From a virus, in UHGV virus genome UHGV-0034894: a stretch of DNA of 33,481 nt; one strand, 5' to 3'. Both the position numbers and the translations under genes were made by a program. Below the pieces are notes generated by a model. That model was given only the letters and a program-made list of their open reading frames with translations, was not told the DNA's origin and searched no databases. Shown here piece by piece: positions 9,526-19,903 of this stretch; positions within the stretch are counted from its first letter, which is position 1; each line of letters begins with the position of its first letter.

Positions 9526-10112
9526 TAGCCGCCCCCCAGTAATGACGCCACGTTACCCGTGATGCTTTTCAGCAGTGAAGTATCTGGAGGCTTTGTGGTT
9601 TTGTTGCCGCTGTTCTGTACCGCCGACGTGCTGGCCCCTTCCTTCATGTTGGTTTTATCCGCGACGGTAATCTGCTGTGTCCGGGAGATAATGACCTCCC
9701 TCAGGGTGAGGACGGCGGACAGGACGTTTTCGGTTGTCTTGTCCGTCGTCACTTCCAGCGCCCGGATCAACATGTTGCTGTACAGCCGTTTACCGGTTAC
9801 CACATCGAAGGGGATACGGCTTTCCTGCAGACCCAGTAGCTCCTGATACGTCTGCTGAGGACTCAGGCCGAGCAGGCTGGTAGCCGTCAGGTTACTGGCA
9901 AAATCCAGCAATGCGCCGCCACCGGCGAAACCAACCTCCATCACCACTTCTGACGGTTTTTTATAGGCATGATCAGCGACAGCGGCCCCGACCTCTACCG
10001 GATGCTCTGTTATTTCAAGCATATCTGTATGCTTCTCTGAAATAACAACACTGGGAACAATCATTCCTATTTTTCTGCTCTGCTGATGAAAAAGTGTAGA
10101 GAGAATATCCAC
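9525..10112 (-). CDS. Tail protein downstream of tape measure
   Basis: Synteny only; translationally coupled. Confidence 0.4.
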   Translation of the reverse strand: MDILSTLFHQQSRKIGMIVPSVVISEKHTDMLEITEHPVEVGAAVADHAYKKPSEVVMEVGFAGGGALLDFASNLTATSLLGLSPQQTYQELLGLQESRIPFDVVTGKRLYSNMLIRALEVTTDKTTENVLSAVLTLREVIISRTQQITVADKTNMKEGASTSAVQNSGNKTTKPPDTSLLKSITGNVASLLGGG

Positions 10113-12118
10113 TAACCCACCCTCACCTGATTACTTCGCATGACCTGAGCATTTGCAGACTGTTGCCGACGTGCAACCTCATTACCGACAGCGTGCGGAT
10201 CTCCGCCACCGTAAATGTGGTAGGTATTTTGCTGGTTAACCTCTGTCACTTTGCCACTAATTCCCGCCACGGCAGCCTTATTAATCAGCTCTCGAGAATA
10301 GATATTTCTTCCATTCTCATGCTGGATAATGCTGCTCATCAATGCTGACATGGTTTGCGGATCGCTCATATTCAGGGCAGCCCGGGGATCCACTCCCAGT
10401 CGTTGCGATACAGCCCTGATATACGCTGTTGTGTTGTTATTATCAGACGCAGGTGCCCAGGTAGAGATAATTTTCTCCACACTGTTTATTCCCCGTCCGG
10501 CGTACAGCATTAACTGACGAGCAAGAGCCCGTAATCCATCAAAGGCAGTTTCAAATCTGGCAAATCGCCCGCCCGGGCGTTCAAGAGAAGCCCCTGCCTG
10601 ACCAGCAAAATTAAGGTTTCCCGGATTGTTATTCCGTTCTCCTCGTTTCGTAGCCTGTGCATATTGTTCCGGCTCAGCACCTGGAATATCTGACTGAATA
10701 TTTGCGCCTTTTACGGTATGAGGATTACGACCAAAATCGGTATCAATGCCAAGCCAGCGCAATGAATCTCCAATATTTTGTTTCGTGTAATCCCAGGATG
10801 ACTTCGCACTGGCACCAATATTTTCGCGATCAGAGTACAAATACGCAGCATAAGCCATCCAGCCTTTTAACCACGGCGGGACCGGCAAACCTGATATTTT
10901 CCCGAAAGCCCCCAGAACCCTGGATACCCAGACACCCGCGATGAATGTACCAAGGATTTCCAGTGCATTTTGCCAGCCGCCAACACCATCTTTTAGTTCC
11001 AGAAGGTGATCACGAAGCCAGGTGATCGCATCCTTCGCTTTATCTATTGCCGGTTGCCATTTTTCCCAGTCGATAAGACTGTTACCGCCTTCTTTCCATG
11101 TTTTGTAGTCTTCCCACAAGAGACCGAGAGCCACGATCAGACCGGTAATCAGCCCTATAGGTGACATCCAGAAAGTAGAGTTAAGTATCCGCATGGCGAC
11201 AACCAGACCGCCGATAACCTCTATCAGGGTTTTCGTTTCGGCATCCAGTTTCCCCCACCACTCGATGATATCTCCGACACCATCGACTATCCGAAATGCT
11301 ACCCGCCCGACTATCTCACCCAGCCAGAGGATCCCCTTTATGACCTTTGTGATGGTGACTTCAATTTTGGGAAAATTTTCAATTATCTTTTTGCGCAGGT
11401 TATCAATCTGCCCCGCCAGTCCGTCCGCAAGATTCGATCCGATTTTGTCCCGCGCCATCCTGGCCATTTCACCGAGCGATTTCAGCGAGGTCATAAACCG
11501 GTTTGACGATAAGGCAGCCTGATCGGCATTAAATCCGATCGCTTTCACCATTTCTGAATACTGAGCGCTGAACTGCCCCACTCCGCGACGCATAGCCATC
11601 AGGGTATTTTCGTCAATGCCCAGCATCTGCGCATACTGGTTAGCCCGGTAATACGGCATGCTGCTGAGTTTCTGTCCAACGCCCGTAAAGATAGCAGCCA
11701 TGTCACGCATGTTACCGCTGGCATCACGGGTCTGTACGCCCAGGCGATTCAGAAAGCCTTCTGCTCCGGGATTGTTACGAATAAACCGGGAGAGGCTTTC
11801 CAGAGAAGATCGCGCAGCGTCCACACTGCCGCCAACCTGCGAAACCGCATAGCCAATAGACTGAATTCCCTGGACCGTCGCGCCGGTGCGCTGTGACGCC
11901 CAGTAAAGATTATCCAGGCCGGAGGCGATCTTAGCCGTGAAGGCCACCACGGACAGCGCAGCCCCTTCAACAGCCAGCCCCATTTTGATGACATTTGCAG
12001 TTGTACCGGCGAGGACAGAACCGAACTTTTTCGCTCCTGCATCATCCACACGGAAGCCAAGCGAGACGAGGAAATCTTTAATAGTTTCAGCGTTCATTAT
12101 CCTCTCTCCATTTCTCAA
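10112..12118 (-). CDS. Tail tape measure protein (668 aa)
   Basis: Long helical protein with central hydrophobic segments, after tube and chaperone genes; start may be at the internal Met at 12097. Confidence 0.8.
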   Translation of the reverse strand: MRNGERIMNAETIKDFLVSLGFRVDDAGAKKFGSVLAGTTANVIKMGLAVEGAALSVVAFTAKIASGLDNLYWASQRTGATVQGIQSIGYAVSQVGGSVDAARSSLESLSRFIRNNPGAEGFLNRLGVQTRDASGNMRDMAAIFTGVGQKLSSMPYYRANQYAQMLGIDENTLMAMRRGVGQFSAQYSEMVKAIGFNADQAALSSNRFMTSLKSLGEMARMARDKIGSNLADGLAGQIDNLRKKIIENFPKIEVTITKVIKGILWLGEIVGRVAFRIVDGVGDIIEWWGKLDAETKTLIEVIGGLVVAMRILNSTFWMSPIGLITGLIVALGLLWEDYKTWKEGGNSLIDWEKWQPAIDKAKDAITWLRDHLLELKDGVGGWQNALEILGTFIAGVWVSRVLGAFGKISGLPVPPWLKGWMAYAAYLYSDRENIGASAKSSWDYTKQNIGDSLRWLGIDTDFGRNPHTVKGANIQSDIPGAEPEQYAQATKRGERNNNPGNLNFAGQAGASLERPGGRFARFETAFDGLRALARQLMLYAGRGINSVEKIISTWAPASDNNNTTAYIRAVSQRLGVDPRAALNMSDPQTMSALMSSIIQHENGRNIYSRELINKAAVAGISGKVTEVNQQNTYHIYGGGDPHAVGNEVARRQQSANAQVMRSNQVRVG

Positions 12119-12329
12119 TGCGTCGCTGGTTATCCGCTTTTACCGCCAGATGGTCATTCAAGAGAGCAATGTCATACAAATCGACAGAGCCATCTTTAAG
12201 TGCTGTATAAGGAATTAACCCGGCGTCAACCGGATTGAGAAGGTAGGACAGCCCGTCCGGCAGGCTGTTAAACGTCAGCCCTGTTGCAGGCTCTGCGTCG
12301 TGCTGGTAAGGGGTGTAGGCAAAAAATTT
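12087..12329 (-). CDS. Candidate -1 frameshift extension of the tail assembly chaperone (GT / E+E'-like)
   Basis: Slippery heptamer A_AAT_TTT in zero frame near the chaperone 3' end; the -1 frame stays open about 80 codons, has no ATG, fills the gap to the tape measure start. Confidence 0.45.
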   Translation of the reverse strand, partial: KFFAYTPYQHDAEPATGLTFNSLPDGLSYLLNPVDAGLIPYTALKDGSVDLYDIALLNDHLAVKADNQRRIEKWREDNER

Positions 12330-12727
12330 CCCAGCGAATCGGCGACCACCCGCGCCACCAGCTGCAGCATGACCAGCAAGTCAATATCATCAAACATCAG
12401 TTCGCCCTGGGTAAATACCGGCACCCATCCGTCCATATGACGCCGCGATACCACCGCAAGACAGGGATGAATAATCGCATCGGTGTCATCTTCGGTCAGG
12501 GAAGACAGTTCCTCAGCGATACGCGGGAGCATGGTTTCAAACACCGGTTTTAACTGTTCGAATTTCACGGTGTCGATTTTGCCGTCAGCAGGCAAACGGG
12601 AGCGAATACTCCCGAAATCTGACATCATTCCTGCCAGCACCGGCAGAAGTTTGCGGGTCACTTTCAGCTGGTCAAAAACGCTGAGTTTTGCCGTGCGATA
12701 TTTCACGCCTTTAATTTCGAATTCCAT
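12275..12727 (-). CDS. Tail assembly chaperone
   Basis: Position between tail tube and tape measure genes; acidic small protein. Confidence 0.6.
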   Translation of the reverse strand: MEFEIKGVKYRTAKLSVFDQLKVTRKLLPVLAGMMSDFGSIRSRLPADGKIDTVKFEQLKPVFETMLPRIAEELSSLTEDDTDAIIHPCLAVVSRRHMDGWVPVFTQGELMFDDIDLLVMLQLVARVVADSLGNFLPTPLTSTTQSLQQG

Positions 12728-12730
12728 GCA

Positions 12731-13171
12731 TTAAAACTCCCCGAGAACCTGGTCAATCTTGCCGCAGTCAAACACCCACGGCATCGTATTACCGGTTTTA
12801 GCGTTGGCGTTATCCGGTTGTTTCTGGAACGCAACACTGCGTGCCGTGATGATGTCGCCGCTGACCTTGTTGCGGATAACGATAACGTTATTCCCCCATG
12901 TGGCAGAAGACTGGCTCTGTGCGTTATACGCCAGCGACAATTTTTTATTTGTCGGTGATGTCTTCAGAAGGTTAACGGTAATCGTCCCGCTTTTATCTGC
13001 ATGGAGGCTGTGCATCACTTCACCATCAGCACCGATGGTCATGGTGTTTTTAGGACCGCCCATCGCAACCACAATCCCCTCTTCAGAACTTGCCGAACCG
13101 TACCCGAGGTCAATCGAACCGGTCGGCCCGGTCAGCGTCGCAGTGACATCCATAAAAGAATAGGTAGACAT
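12731..13171 (-). CDS. Tail tube protein
   Basis: Size and position directly downstream of sheath gene. Confidence 0.65.
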   Translation of the reverse strand: MSTYSFMDVTATLTGPTGSIDLGYGSASSEEGIVVAMGGPKNTMTIGADGEVMHSLHADKSGTITVNLLKTSPTNKKLSLAYNAQSQSSATWGNNVIVIRNKVSGDIITARSVAFQKQPDNANAKTGNTMPWVFDCGKIDQVLGEF

Positions 13172-13181
13172 TCACTTCCCC

Positions 13182-14327
13182 TTAGCGAACAACGTTAATC
13201 TGTACGTCAGCGTAATGAACCGCGCCTGCAAGTTTTATTGCAGCCTGAATCACCGGAGCCTTACGGGCTTCACGTTCTGATTGTGCCTGTTCATCCAGCG
13301 GCTGGGCGTATACGTAATAACCTTTGGGCAGCGTGTCACCTGATGACAACTGGCCAAGGTCGCCACCGTTCCATACGCCCGGAGCAATCAGTCCATTCTG
13401 AACGGCCTGATCCAGTGATTTTTCAACATTTGATAACAGTCGGGTAATACCGGCTTCAGTCTGGGGAACCTTCGTGGTGCTGGTATAAAGCAGGTTATAG
13501 AGGTTGGTCTGCACATAATTCTGTAACCAGTCCAGGCCGTGGCGTTCATCAAAGAAATCGCCGTTAGCCATCACTCCCTGCTGGAGGATAGCTGTATCAT
13601 TCTGGTAGTACACGAACACATTGCAGTTTTTTGCATCAAGTGCCGATGCCTGGCTGACTGTCAGTGTTTCATACCCGACACCCGGCTCCTGCTTAAACTT
13701 GAGCGTAATCGCGGTATTACTGCCATTGAAATTAACCGTGAATGCCCGGCCAAATGCAGATAACGCAGCGAATTTATTACCCGATGAATATTGTATAAAA
13801 CTGCGTGAATATCCGGCGCTTTTCAGTTTTGATGCCAAATCATCTCTGGATGCAGTCTGCAGGCATTTCTCATCGCTTGTCGTAATCGCCAGAATACGGC
13901 TTACAGAAGAGGATTCGATCGCCGCAGCCACTTTCAGCCAGTCTGCATCCGGAATATCTGCATCGTCTGCAATCCCCAGCCCATACCATGAAGTATAATC
14001 AAGCATGGCATTCACAGCCTGCTCCAGCGTCTCAGGCGTGGCCTGTTCGCTGTCTCCCTTCGTTTTCACCCAACGACCAACAAAAACCTCCTGAGGTTTC
14101 GGTGATTGTGAGAAAAACACCTGCGCAGCTTTATATTCTGGTGATTCCACGCCAAAATCTTTTCCAATATCTTCCGCGGCAGAATAACGGCGAATGCGCT
14201 CACTTACCGGAATGATTGTGGACGGGCCGAGAATGAGTAATGCACCAAAATTTCGCCCTGATGCTGCACGCGGCGACATGATCACATCAACATTAACAAC
14301 GTTTGATACAGGCAAGCCCTGTGCCAT
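13182..14327 (-). CDS. Tail sheath protein (SfV/Mu-like contractile tail)
   Basis: Size and synteny; resembles DUF3383-type sheath proteins from memory. Confidence 0.6.
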   Translation of the reverse strand: MAQGLPVSNVVNVDVIMSPRAASGRNFGALLILGPSTIIPVSERIRRYSAAEDIGKDFGVESPEYKAAQVFFSQSPKPQEVFVGRWVKTKGDSEQATPETLEQAVNAMLDYTSWYGLGIADDADIPDADWLKVAAAIESSSVSRILAITTSDEKCLQTASRDDLASKLKSAGYSRSFIQYSSGNKFAALSAFGRAFTVNFNGSNTAITLKFKQEPGVGYETLTVSQASALDAKNCNVFVYYQNDTAILQQGVMANGDFFDERHGLDWLQNYVQTNLYNLLYTSTTKVPQTEAGITRLLSNVEKSLDQAVQNGLIAPGVWNGGDLGQLSSGDTLPKGYYVYAQPLDEQAQSEREARKAPVIQAAIKLAGAVHYADVQINVVR

Positions 14328-14330
14328 AGC

Positions 14331-14897
14331 TTAATCTCCGAAAAAGATGACAGGTGCTTCCACCAGCGATTTAATACCGTACTCGCGCACAACCTTCCGG
14401 CGCAGGCGCACCGTCATATCGTAGCGGCGGACCCATTGCTGATTAATAAGTTCAGGGAAGGGAGTCAGACCTGTGTAATCGCCAAGAGACAGCCCCAGCG
14501 CATTCAGTGCTGCATTGTTCTGCGGCACAGATATACCGTCACGAAACCGGGACGCATACACCATCCCCGCCGGTCCATAAAACGAAGCCATACACTCAAT
14601 CGTTTCATGCCGCCAGAGCTGAGAGCCATCATCGGTCTGTCTGGTGAATGCCGGACTGTCATCACCTGACCATCCGATAACCCCAAACGCACACCAGTTC
14701 GTTTCAACCGGTAGCAGTGGCGGCTGCTCTTTCTGCCAGCGCGGGCGAACCATCCCGGCAGACAGGCCGGAAACGTTACGCATCCACTGGCTTAACAGCC
14801 TGTCGAGCGCTTCGTCATAATCCGGATCGCCACTGGTTGGTATTAACCATCCGCGCTCTGTACTGGTGTTATTGCTCAACCGGAGTTCCCCCATCAA
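14331..14897 (-). CDS. Head-tail joining / tail completion protein (putative)
   Basis: Synteny between capsid and sheath genes. Confidence 0.4.
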   Translation of the reverse strand: MMGELRLSNNTSTERGWLIPTSGDPDYDEALDRLLSQWMRNVSGLSAGMVRPRWQKEQPPLLPVETNWCAFGVIGWSGDDSPAFTRQTDDGSQLWRHETIECMASFYGPAGMVYASRFRDGISVPQNNAALNALGLSLGDYTGLTPFPELINQQWVRRYDMTVRLRRKVVREYGIKSLVEAPVIFFGD

Positions 14898-15258
14898 ACG
14901 GCATCAACTCACAATGCGCCTGAACGAATCCGGCACCATACGCTGTATACGGGTCGACGAAAGTCACACGATAATCACGGCCCTGATACGTCACGATATC
15001 GGCATCACGGCCAGTCTGTCCCTGTGTCAGTCGCTCAGTCGTCACAATCAGAATTGCACCACTGATTACCTGCCCGGCCTGCATACGACGGTTTTCCAGA
15101 GAGCGATCAACAGTTACGACTCCGGCAAACTGCTTTTTAACTTCACTGTCGCTGCCGATCCCGTCCTCATCCACCGTTTGCACTCGGCGTGTTACCCACA
15201 AATTGAAGCCGCAAAAATCGGGGTCAAAAAGCACATCTGTTACATCAAGAGTCGGCAT
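14869..15258 (-). CDS. Head-tail connector protein (putative)
   Basis: Synteny; start probably downstream of the listed ORF start. Confidence 0.4.
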   Translation of the reverse strand: MPTLDVTDVLFDPDFCGFNLWVTRRVQTVDEDGIGSDSEVKKQFAGVVTVDRSLENRRMQAGQVISGAILIVTTERLTQGQTGRDADIVTYQGRDYRVTFVDPYTAYGAGFVQAHCELMPFDGGTPVEQ

Positions 15259-15799
15259 CTTTATCCCTCACTACATGGGTAATAGCTCTGCGATATTGCC
15301 CGGTGTCAATTAATGGTTTCGCCAGATCGGTTCCGGGAGATTCGCCAGCAACACGCCGGGCAAGTTCCAGTGTTGCCCCCTTGCGCCCCCGACGAGCCCG
15401 GGCTTCAACAGTGCTGTCAGCAAGCGGCGTAAAGCCGGTAATAGTCATGTAACGCCTGACGCCATTAGCGGCCAGCGTTCCGGCACGGTTGAGTGCGCGT
15501 TCTGCTCCCGCAGCATTACCATCAAGAGCAGCCTGCGCCGCGGTTTTGAGCTGCGGCACCGTCTGCTCTTCTGCCGATTTAACGCCGGGGACCAGGTGAG
15601 GTCGTGGCGGGATGTTCTGCTCTGGTGAGCCGTATTCGTTGAGGTAACCGATGCCCGCATTACCAAACGGAACATCATCCCGCCCGCTGTCTTCCGAAGG
15701 GATGCCGACCAGCACATCTTTTTTGGTTAACGACCTGAGCGCATCCAGAATGGCCTTAGCGTTATCCACCCTCGTTGTTACACCGCTTTTGAAACTCAT
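15245..15799 (-). CDS. Virion morphogenesis / head completion protein (putative)
   Basis: Synteny. Confidence 0.4.
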   Translation of the reverse strand: MSFKSGVTTRVDNAKAILDALRSLTKKDVLVGIPSEDSGRDDVPFGNAGIGYLNEYGSPEQNIPPRPHLVPGVKSAEEQTVPQLKTAAQAALDGNAAGAERALNRAGTLAANGVRRYMTITGFTPLADSTVEARARRGRKGATLELARRVAGESPGTDLAKPLIDTGQYRRAITHVVRDKDADS

Positions 15800-16203
15800 A
15801 GCTGGCGACCGCCTGCACCGAACATCGTGATCAACTGATAAAATTCAGCGCCATATCGGGTGTTATTCCAGAAACCTGCATCAGGATTCAGCGTCGCGCT
15901 GGTGTCATAGCTGACGCTTACCTTGTCAACGGACTTTGAGGACTGAACACCATTGGTTGAACCGCCCGGCCCGCCAGCCAGCATCGCCCGGCTGTCTGCC
16001 GCCCAGAGCGTCATGTAGTGTGCAACGAACAATCCGGCAAAATACGGAAACAACTTTTTGCCGGTGACGTTTTCGCTCAGCAGTTCATCGGCCAGATTCA
16101 GACGAAACTGGATTTGCGCTTCGGGATATTTGGCAGGGTCAGCAAACTGCGGGAAGTCGCGGCGAAAATCACTTACCGCTGGCAGATTTTGATTCTTTGG
16201 CAT
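15796..16203 (-). CDS. Head-tail adaptor protein (putative)
   Basis: Synteny; translational coupling. Confidence 0.4.
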   Translation of the reverse strand: MPKNQNLPAVSDFRRDFPQFADPAKYPEAQIQFRLNLADELLSENVTGKKLFPYFAGLFVAHYMTLWAADSRAMLAGGPGGSTNGVQSSKSVDKVSVSYDTSATLNPDAGFWNNTRYGAEFYQLITMFGAGGRQL

Positions 16204-16390
16204 TTTTTACCTCGTTACGCGCGTCTGTGGCTTTGCCAACGGATACTTCCGCGTGCGCACGAGTGAACCAGTGCGTGGCAACGTCTTCCTCCACAGCATG
16301 ACGGCCTTTAACAAACTCGCGCCGTGAACCGTCGGGAAGCGTGAGCACAAACGGGGTATGTACGTGTATTACTGCATTATTTTTTGCCAT
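16169..16390 (-). CDS. Small structural protein following the capsid gene
   Basis: Synteny only. Confidence 0.35.
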   Translation of the reverse strand: MAKNNAVIHVHTPFVLTLPDGSRREFVKGRHAVEEDVATHWFTRAHAEVSVGKATDARNEVKNAKESKSASGK

Positions 16391-16431
16391 CGGGTCATCC
16401 TTAATGGCCCCGCCAGGGGGCCATGTGGCTG

Positions 16432-17373
16432 TTAAATGCCATCAACGTACGAAATGGTTTCTTTGTACACTGGCTCAACCGCACCCAGCTTGCCGTAGTA
16501 AGTGACGATCTGATACAGACCGCGATACTGCACCGGCACGCTCTGAAGCGGAACCAGCGGGTAGCGAACGTATTTTTTATCGTTGGTGTACGCAACCATG
16601 CGATCCTTTTTCCTCACACCACGGCCTTTCAGCCATTTAACCGCGCGGATATTCAGCGGAACACCGTTCTGGTGATAGCTGATGGTGTTGGTCTGAAGAT
16701 ACGTCAACAGGGACTGGTTACCCGCAGATGAAACGATGATGCTGGACAACAGAGCAAACTGCTCAGGCGGGATCAGCAAATCACGCGGAACCACAGAGTA
16801 ACCGGAAGCGGCCCACGCATCAGACAGCACCTGGTTAATGCTTGCGCGGATTTCGTCCGGTGTTGAGGTTGCCCACGTTTTGGCAGCGTTGTTGACAGGC
16901 ACGCCGTCCAGGGTAACAAGGCCTTTCAGGTTTAATGCGGAATCGCCAACATATACCTGTTCATCGTTATCCATCTGCCATTTCAGTTGCATACCGTCAT
17001 ACTTCTGCGTATCAATCGGGCGGCCGACCTGCTGAGCAGCCTGCAATTCTATGACCGTCCAGCCAAGTTCCATCCCCCACAGGTTCAGCGGGTTACCGGA
17101 TTTGCCGATATCCACGTTCACGCCAGCAATAGCGGTTGAGTCTTTGCCTACCCAGTTTTTGCCATTCGGATTTGCACCAGTACCCGCAGCGGCGAAGCTG
17201 GTATTCGTCCAGCTGGAAATGTCATCTGCGATAGAGACATCTTCACGCAACTGAATATCGCGGGTCCAGGTGTACCCCACCAGTGGCAGGTTCAGCGTCT
17301 GGTCGAGTCGCTCCAGCTCCCCGATGAGAAAGGCACCAGAGCTGTCAACGGTTGCCTGATCAAAAGTAATCAT
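16432..17373 (-). CDS. Major capsid protein
   Basis: 313 aa, position after scaffold/decoration genes; capsid-like composition. Confidence 0.7.
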   Translation of the reverse strand: MITFDQATVDSSGAFLIGELERLDQTLNLPLVGYTWTRDIQLREDVSIADDISSWTNTSFAAAGTGANPNGKNWVGKDSTAIAGVNVDIGKSGNPLNLWGMELGWTVIELQAAQQVGRPIDTQKYDGMQLKWQMDNDEQVYVGDSALNLKGLVTLDGVPVNNAAKTWATSTPDEIRASINQVLSDAWAASGYSVVPRDLLIPPEQFALLSSIIVSSAGNQSLLTYLQTNTISYHQNGVPLNIRAVKWLKGRGVRKKDRMVAYTNDKKYVRYPLVPLQSVPVQYRGLYQIVTYYGKLGAVEPVYKETISYVDGI

Positions 17374-17384
17374 TCGTCTGTTCC

Positions 17385-17891
17385 TTAAATCTTCCAGGAA
17401 ATTTCTGCATTGCCGTCAGCATCACCGGCACCTGTGAATTCAGCGTTGGTCAGCACCACATTTTTGCCACTGACTGACGTGGACATGAATCCCCCCAGCG
17501 GCACTTTGATGGATTCATCAGTGGAGACGACAACGTATACCGGGTCGCCTTTTTTGATGGTGCTGGCATCAAAATCAGAACCGAGATTAACAGTCACGTA
17601 GCCACGCTTCATGGCGTCGCCCGGGAAGTTCTTGCCTGTTCCCACCTGGCGAACCATGTCCGGCTGCGACGTGGTCGGATAAGGGCGCACGTAGATCCCC
17701 TTTACCTTGTCTGCGGTATCACCATCTGCCAGCGGCACGAAAAAACCGTCATCATCGTATTTACCAGCCAGGCCATAGGCAGCGAAGGCGTTATCGGATT
17801 TAAGGACCACCGGTTCGACGGTTAAGTCCTGCGGGCGAGAGACAGCCCCGGCAATGCCAACAGGCATCCGGTACAGAAATACATTATTCAT
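17385..17891 (-). CDS. Head decoration / minor capsid protein (putative)
   Basis: Position immediately upstream of the capsid gene. Confidence 0.45.
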   Translation of the reverse strand: MNNVFLYRMPVGIAGAVSRPQDLTVEPVVLKSDNAFAAYGLAGKYDDDGFFVPLADGDTADKVKGIYVRPYPTTSQPDMVRQVGTGKNFPGDAMKRGYVTVNLGSDFDASTIKKGDPVYVVVSTDESIKVPLGGFMSTSVSGKNVVLTNAEFTGAGDADGNAEISWKI

Positions 17892-17894
17892 TTT

Positions 17895-19115
17895 TTACCC
17901 TTTACGGTTTGCCCAGAATTCAGCGTTTTGTTTGTTCAGGGAAGCGATACTGGTCATGCCCATGTTTAGGCGCTGTGCATCGCCGGTGGTGGCGCGGGTG
18001 TTTCGCCCTTTGGCAATCTCAGACACGGCATTAAACGCCATGTCGACCGATTGTTTCGGCAATTTGCGGATATCCGCATCACCGACAATCTGGCGAACCA
18101 GCGTTTTATCTGCGGAAGCCAGAACCTCGCGTTTGAACTCGGTCGGTTTCATCTTACGGCTCAGATCGATACCCGGAACGATAACTTCGGCACGCCAGGC
18201 TGAGTCACCAGTAATCGTGGTTTCCTCTTCATCGTCCTCGCCGTCACCGGTCGGATTATCGTCAGGCTTATTATCGTTATCGCCCGTGGCATTTCCTTCC
18301 AGCTTAGCCAGCAGGGCTTTCAGTAATGTTTTGAGGTCATCATCACTGTCGCCGGTTGGACCTCCACCCATCTCTGGTGCTTTGTCCGGTAGTGGTTGCT
18401 GCGGGGACAGGTTGATGTTGAGATTAACGCCCTGCGGCAAATCCCCCTCATCTCCTGTAACCGATGCGGGAGCCGACTCCACCAGTTCGTTCATGGTGTC
18501 GGCATCTCCTGTCTTGATGGCTGCACGCATGCGGTTCCACCAGTTTTTCTTTTGATTTGCCATTGTGTCTCTGTCTCCAATTGCACAACGATTTCCGGCT
18601 CTGCCTTTGGGGACAAGAGCCACATGGTTTCCGGTAATATCGACCTGCCCGGCTTTACCTGGCTCGGTCTGCTCGTACTCCGCGTCATAGCCGCACGACA
18701 CTTCTCGCAGGCCATCTTCGATAAGCTGAATGGCGTTTTCGTCTTTGACGATAAGGTCAGCCAGCATCAAATCAGACTGCTCACCCGTCCCGCGCCGGAC
18801 ATTCTGGAGGTGCCCGACAGCAAGCTCTTTCCAGTTCTCGGGATTTACCAGCCGCACATTCCCGTTTTCATCTTCAGGATGCAGGATCGTGATGCTCATC
18901 CCTTCGAATGAGGCGAGCGTGGCCGGATGGAATACCTGCTCAGGAGAACGCGTGACGACTATTTCACCGAACTTATCGGGTTTCAGTTTTGGCAGGTCAT
19001 CAGCACCATAGAGCTGCTTACCTGTTCGTCCTATCGGCACGTCTTTGCACAGCAACGAGCCGTCAGCCAGCTGATAGCGGGTTTCCCCCAGCCGGGTATT
19101 GAAAAAATATTTCAT
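17895..19115 (-). CDS. Prohead scaffold/protease-like protein (DUF2213-like)
   Basis: Position between head morphogenesis gene and capsid; acidic low-complexity C-terminal half typical of scaffolds. Confidence 0.5.
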   Translation of the reverse strand: MKYFFNTRLGETRYQLADGSLLCKDVPIGRTGKQLYGADDLPKLKPDKFGEIVVTRSPEQVFHPATLASFEGMSITILHPEDENGNVRLVNPENWKELAVGHLQNVRRGTGEQSDLMLADLIVKDENAIQLIEDGLREVSCGYDAEYEQTEPGKAGQVDITGNHVALVPKGRAGNRCAIGDRDTMANQKKNWWNRMRAAIKTGDADTMNELVESAPASVTGDEGDLPQGVNLNINLSPQQPLPDKAPEMGGGPTGDSDDDLKTLLKALLAKLEGNATGDNDNKPDDNPTGDGEDDEEETTITGDSAWRAEVIVPGIDLSRKMKPTEFKREVLASADKTLVRQIVGDADIRKLPKQSVDMAFNAVSEIAKGRNTRATTGDAQRLNMGMTSIASLNKQNAEFWANRKG

Positions 19116-19129
19116 GTGTTACCTGCGAT

Positions 19130-19903
19130 TCAGGCGGGATAAGAATGGGAGGTGGGAAAAACGATTTCTTTATAACAGCGGCAATTCGGGAGCTCGCCAG
19201 CGTGACCGGTCATGCCATCAAGCGTTGGAGGTTTGCCCCATTCGACAAATTTACCTTCCATTTCCCGATGAGAATGCCTGACGTCACCATCTTCGGCTGT
19301 ACGCCAGATATAACCATTCGAACCAATTGCCAGCGCACGCGCCTGATCCAGCGCGCCGGTTGCACGTCCAAGTTCAGTACGGGCAATCAGGTCAGCTCTG
19401 GACTTTGCTATATCACCCGATGCGGCTATTTCTTTAGCAAAATGTTCCGCTCTCCCACCGGTCACAACAGCTTCAATCGCCCGATTCTGGATGTCGTACA
19501 CCCTGTCAGCCGCCTCGAGGGGTAGCGATTTAATGTACTTAACCTGTTCAGCAACGATGGATTTCATCACCTGCCCTGGCGGGGCACTGTTTACCAGATT
19601 GCGTAGCTCACGGCTGATGGTTTTGCTGTGTTTACGCCACTGCTCATCATTCTTGCGCACAATATCGGCGGTAAAGTTTTCCGCGACCTTTGTCGCCCAG
19701 GGGGTGATGATTTCACTGTAGCGCTCCAGCGCCTCAATAATTTCCGTGATACTGTCATTTGAACCATCGTAGTGACCATTTACGATGTCCCCGACCGCCC
19801 GCGCTATCCTGCGTAGGCTGGTTCGATACCGGATTTCCGCCTGACGGTTCCTGCGGTTCGTCATCAGGTTCGCCGATGCCGGGCGGCGCTTCATCTTCGG
19901 CAT
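19130..19903 (-). CDS. Head morphogenesis protein (Mu F / SPP1 gp7 family)
   Basis: Family-like C-terminal region; directly downstream of portal; true start likely at an internal Met. Confidence 0.7.
   Translation of the reverse strand: MPKMKRRPASANLMTNRRNRQAEIRYRTSLRRIARAVGDIVNGHYDGSNDSITEIIEALERYSEIITPWATKVAENFTADIVRKNDEQWRKHSKTISRELRNLVNSAPPGQVMKSIVAEQVKYIKSLPLEAADRVYDIQNRAIEAVVTGGRAEHFAKEIAASGDIAKSRADLIARTELGRATGALDQARALAIGSNGYIWRTAEDGDVRHSHREMEGKFVEWGKPPTLDGMTGHAGELPNCRCYKEIVFPTSHSYPA

Noticed and set aside
17854-18555. 233-aa plus-strand ORF
   Set aside because: Antisense to the scaffold-like gene with Ser/Pro-rich low-complexity translation; a typical shadow ORF.
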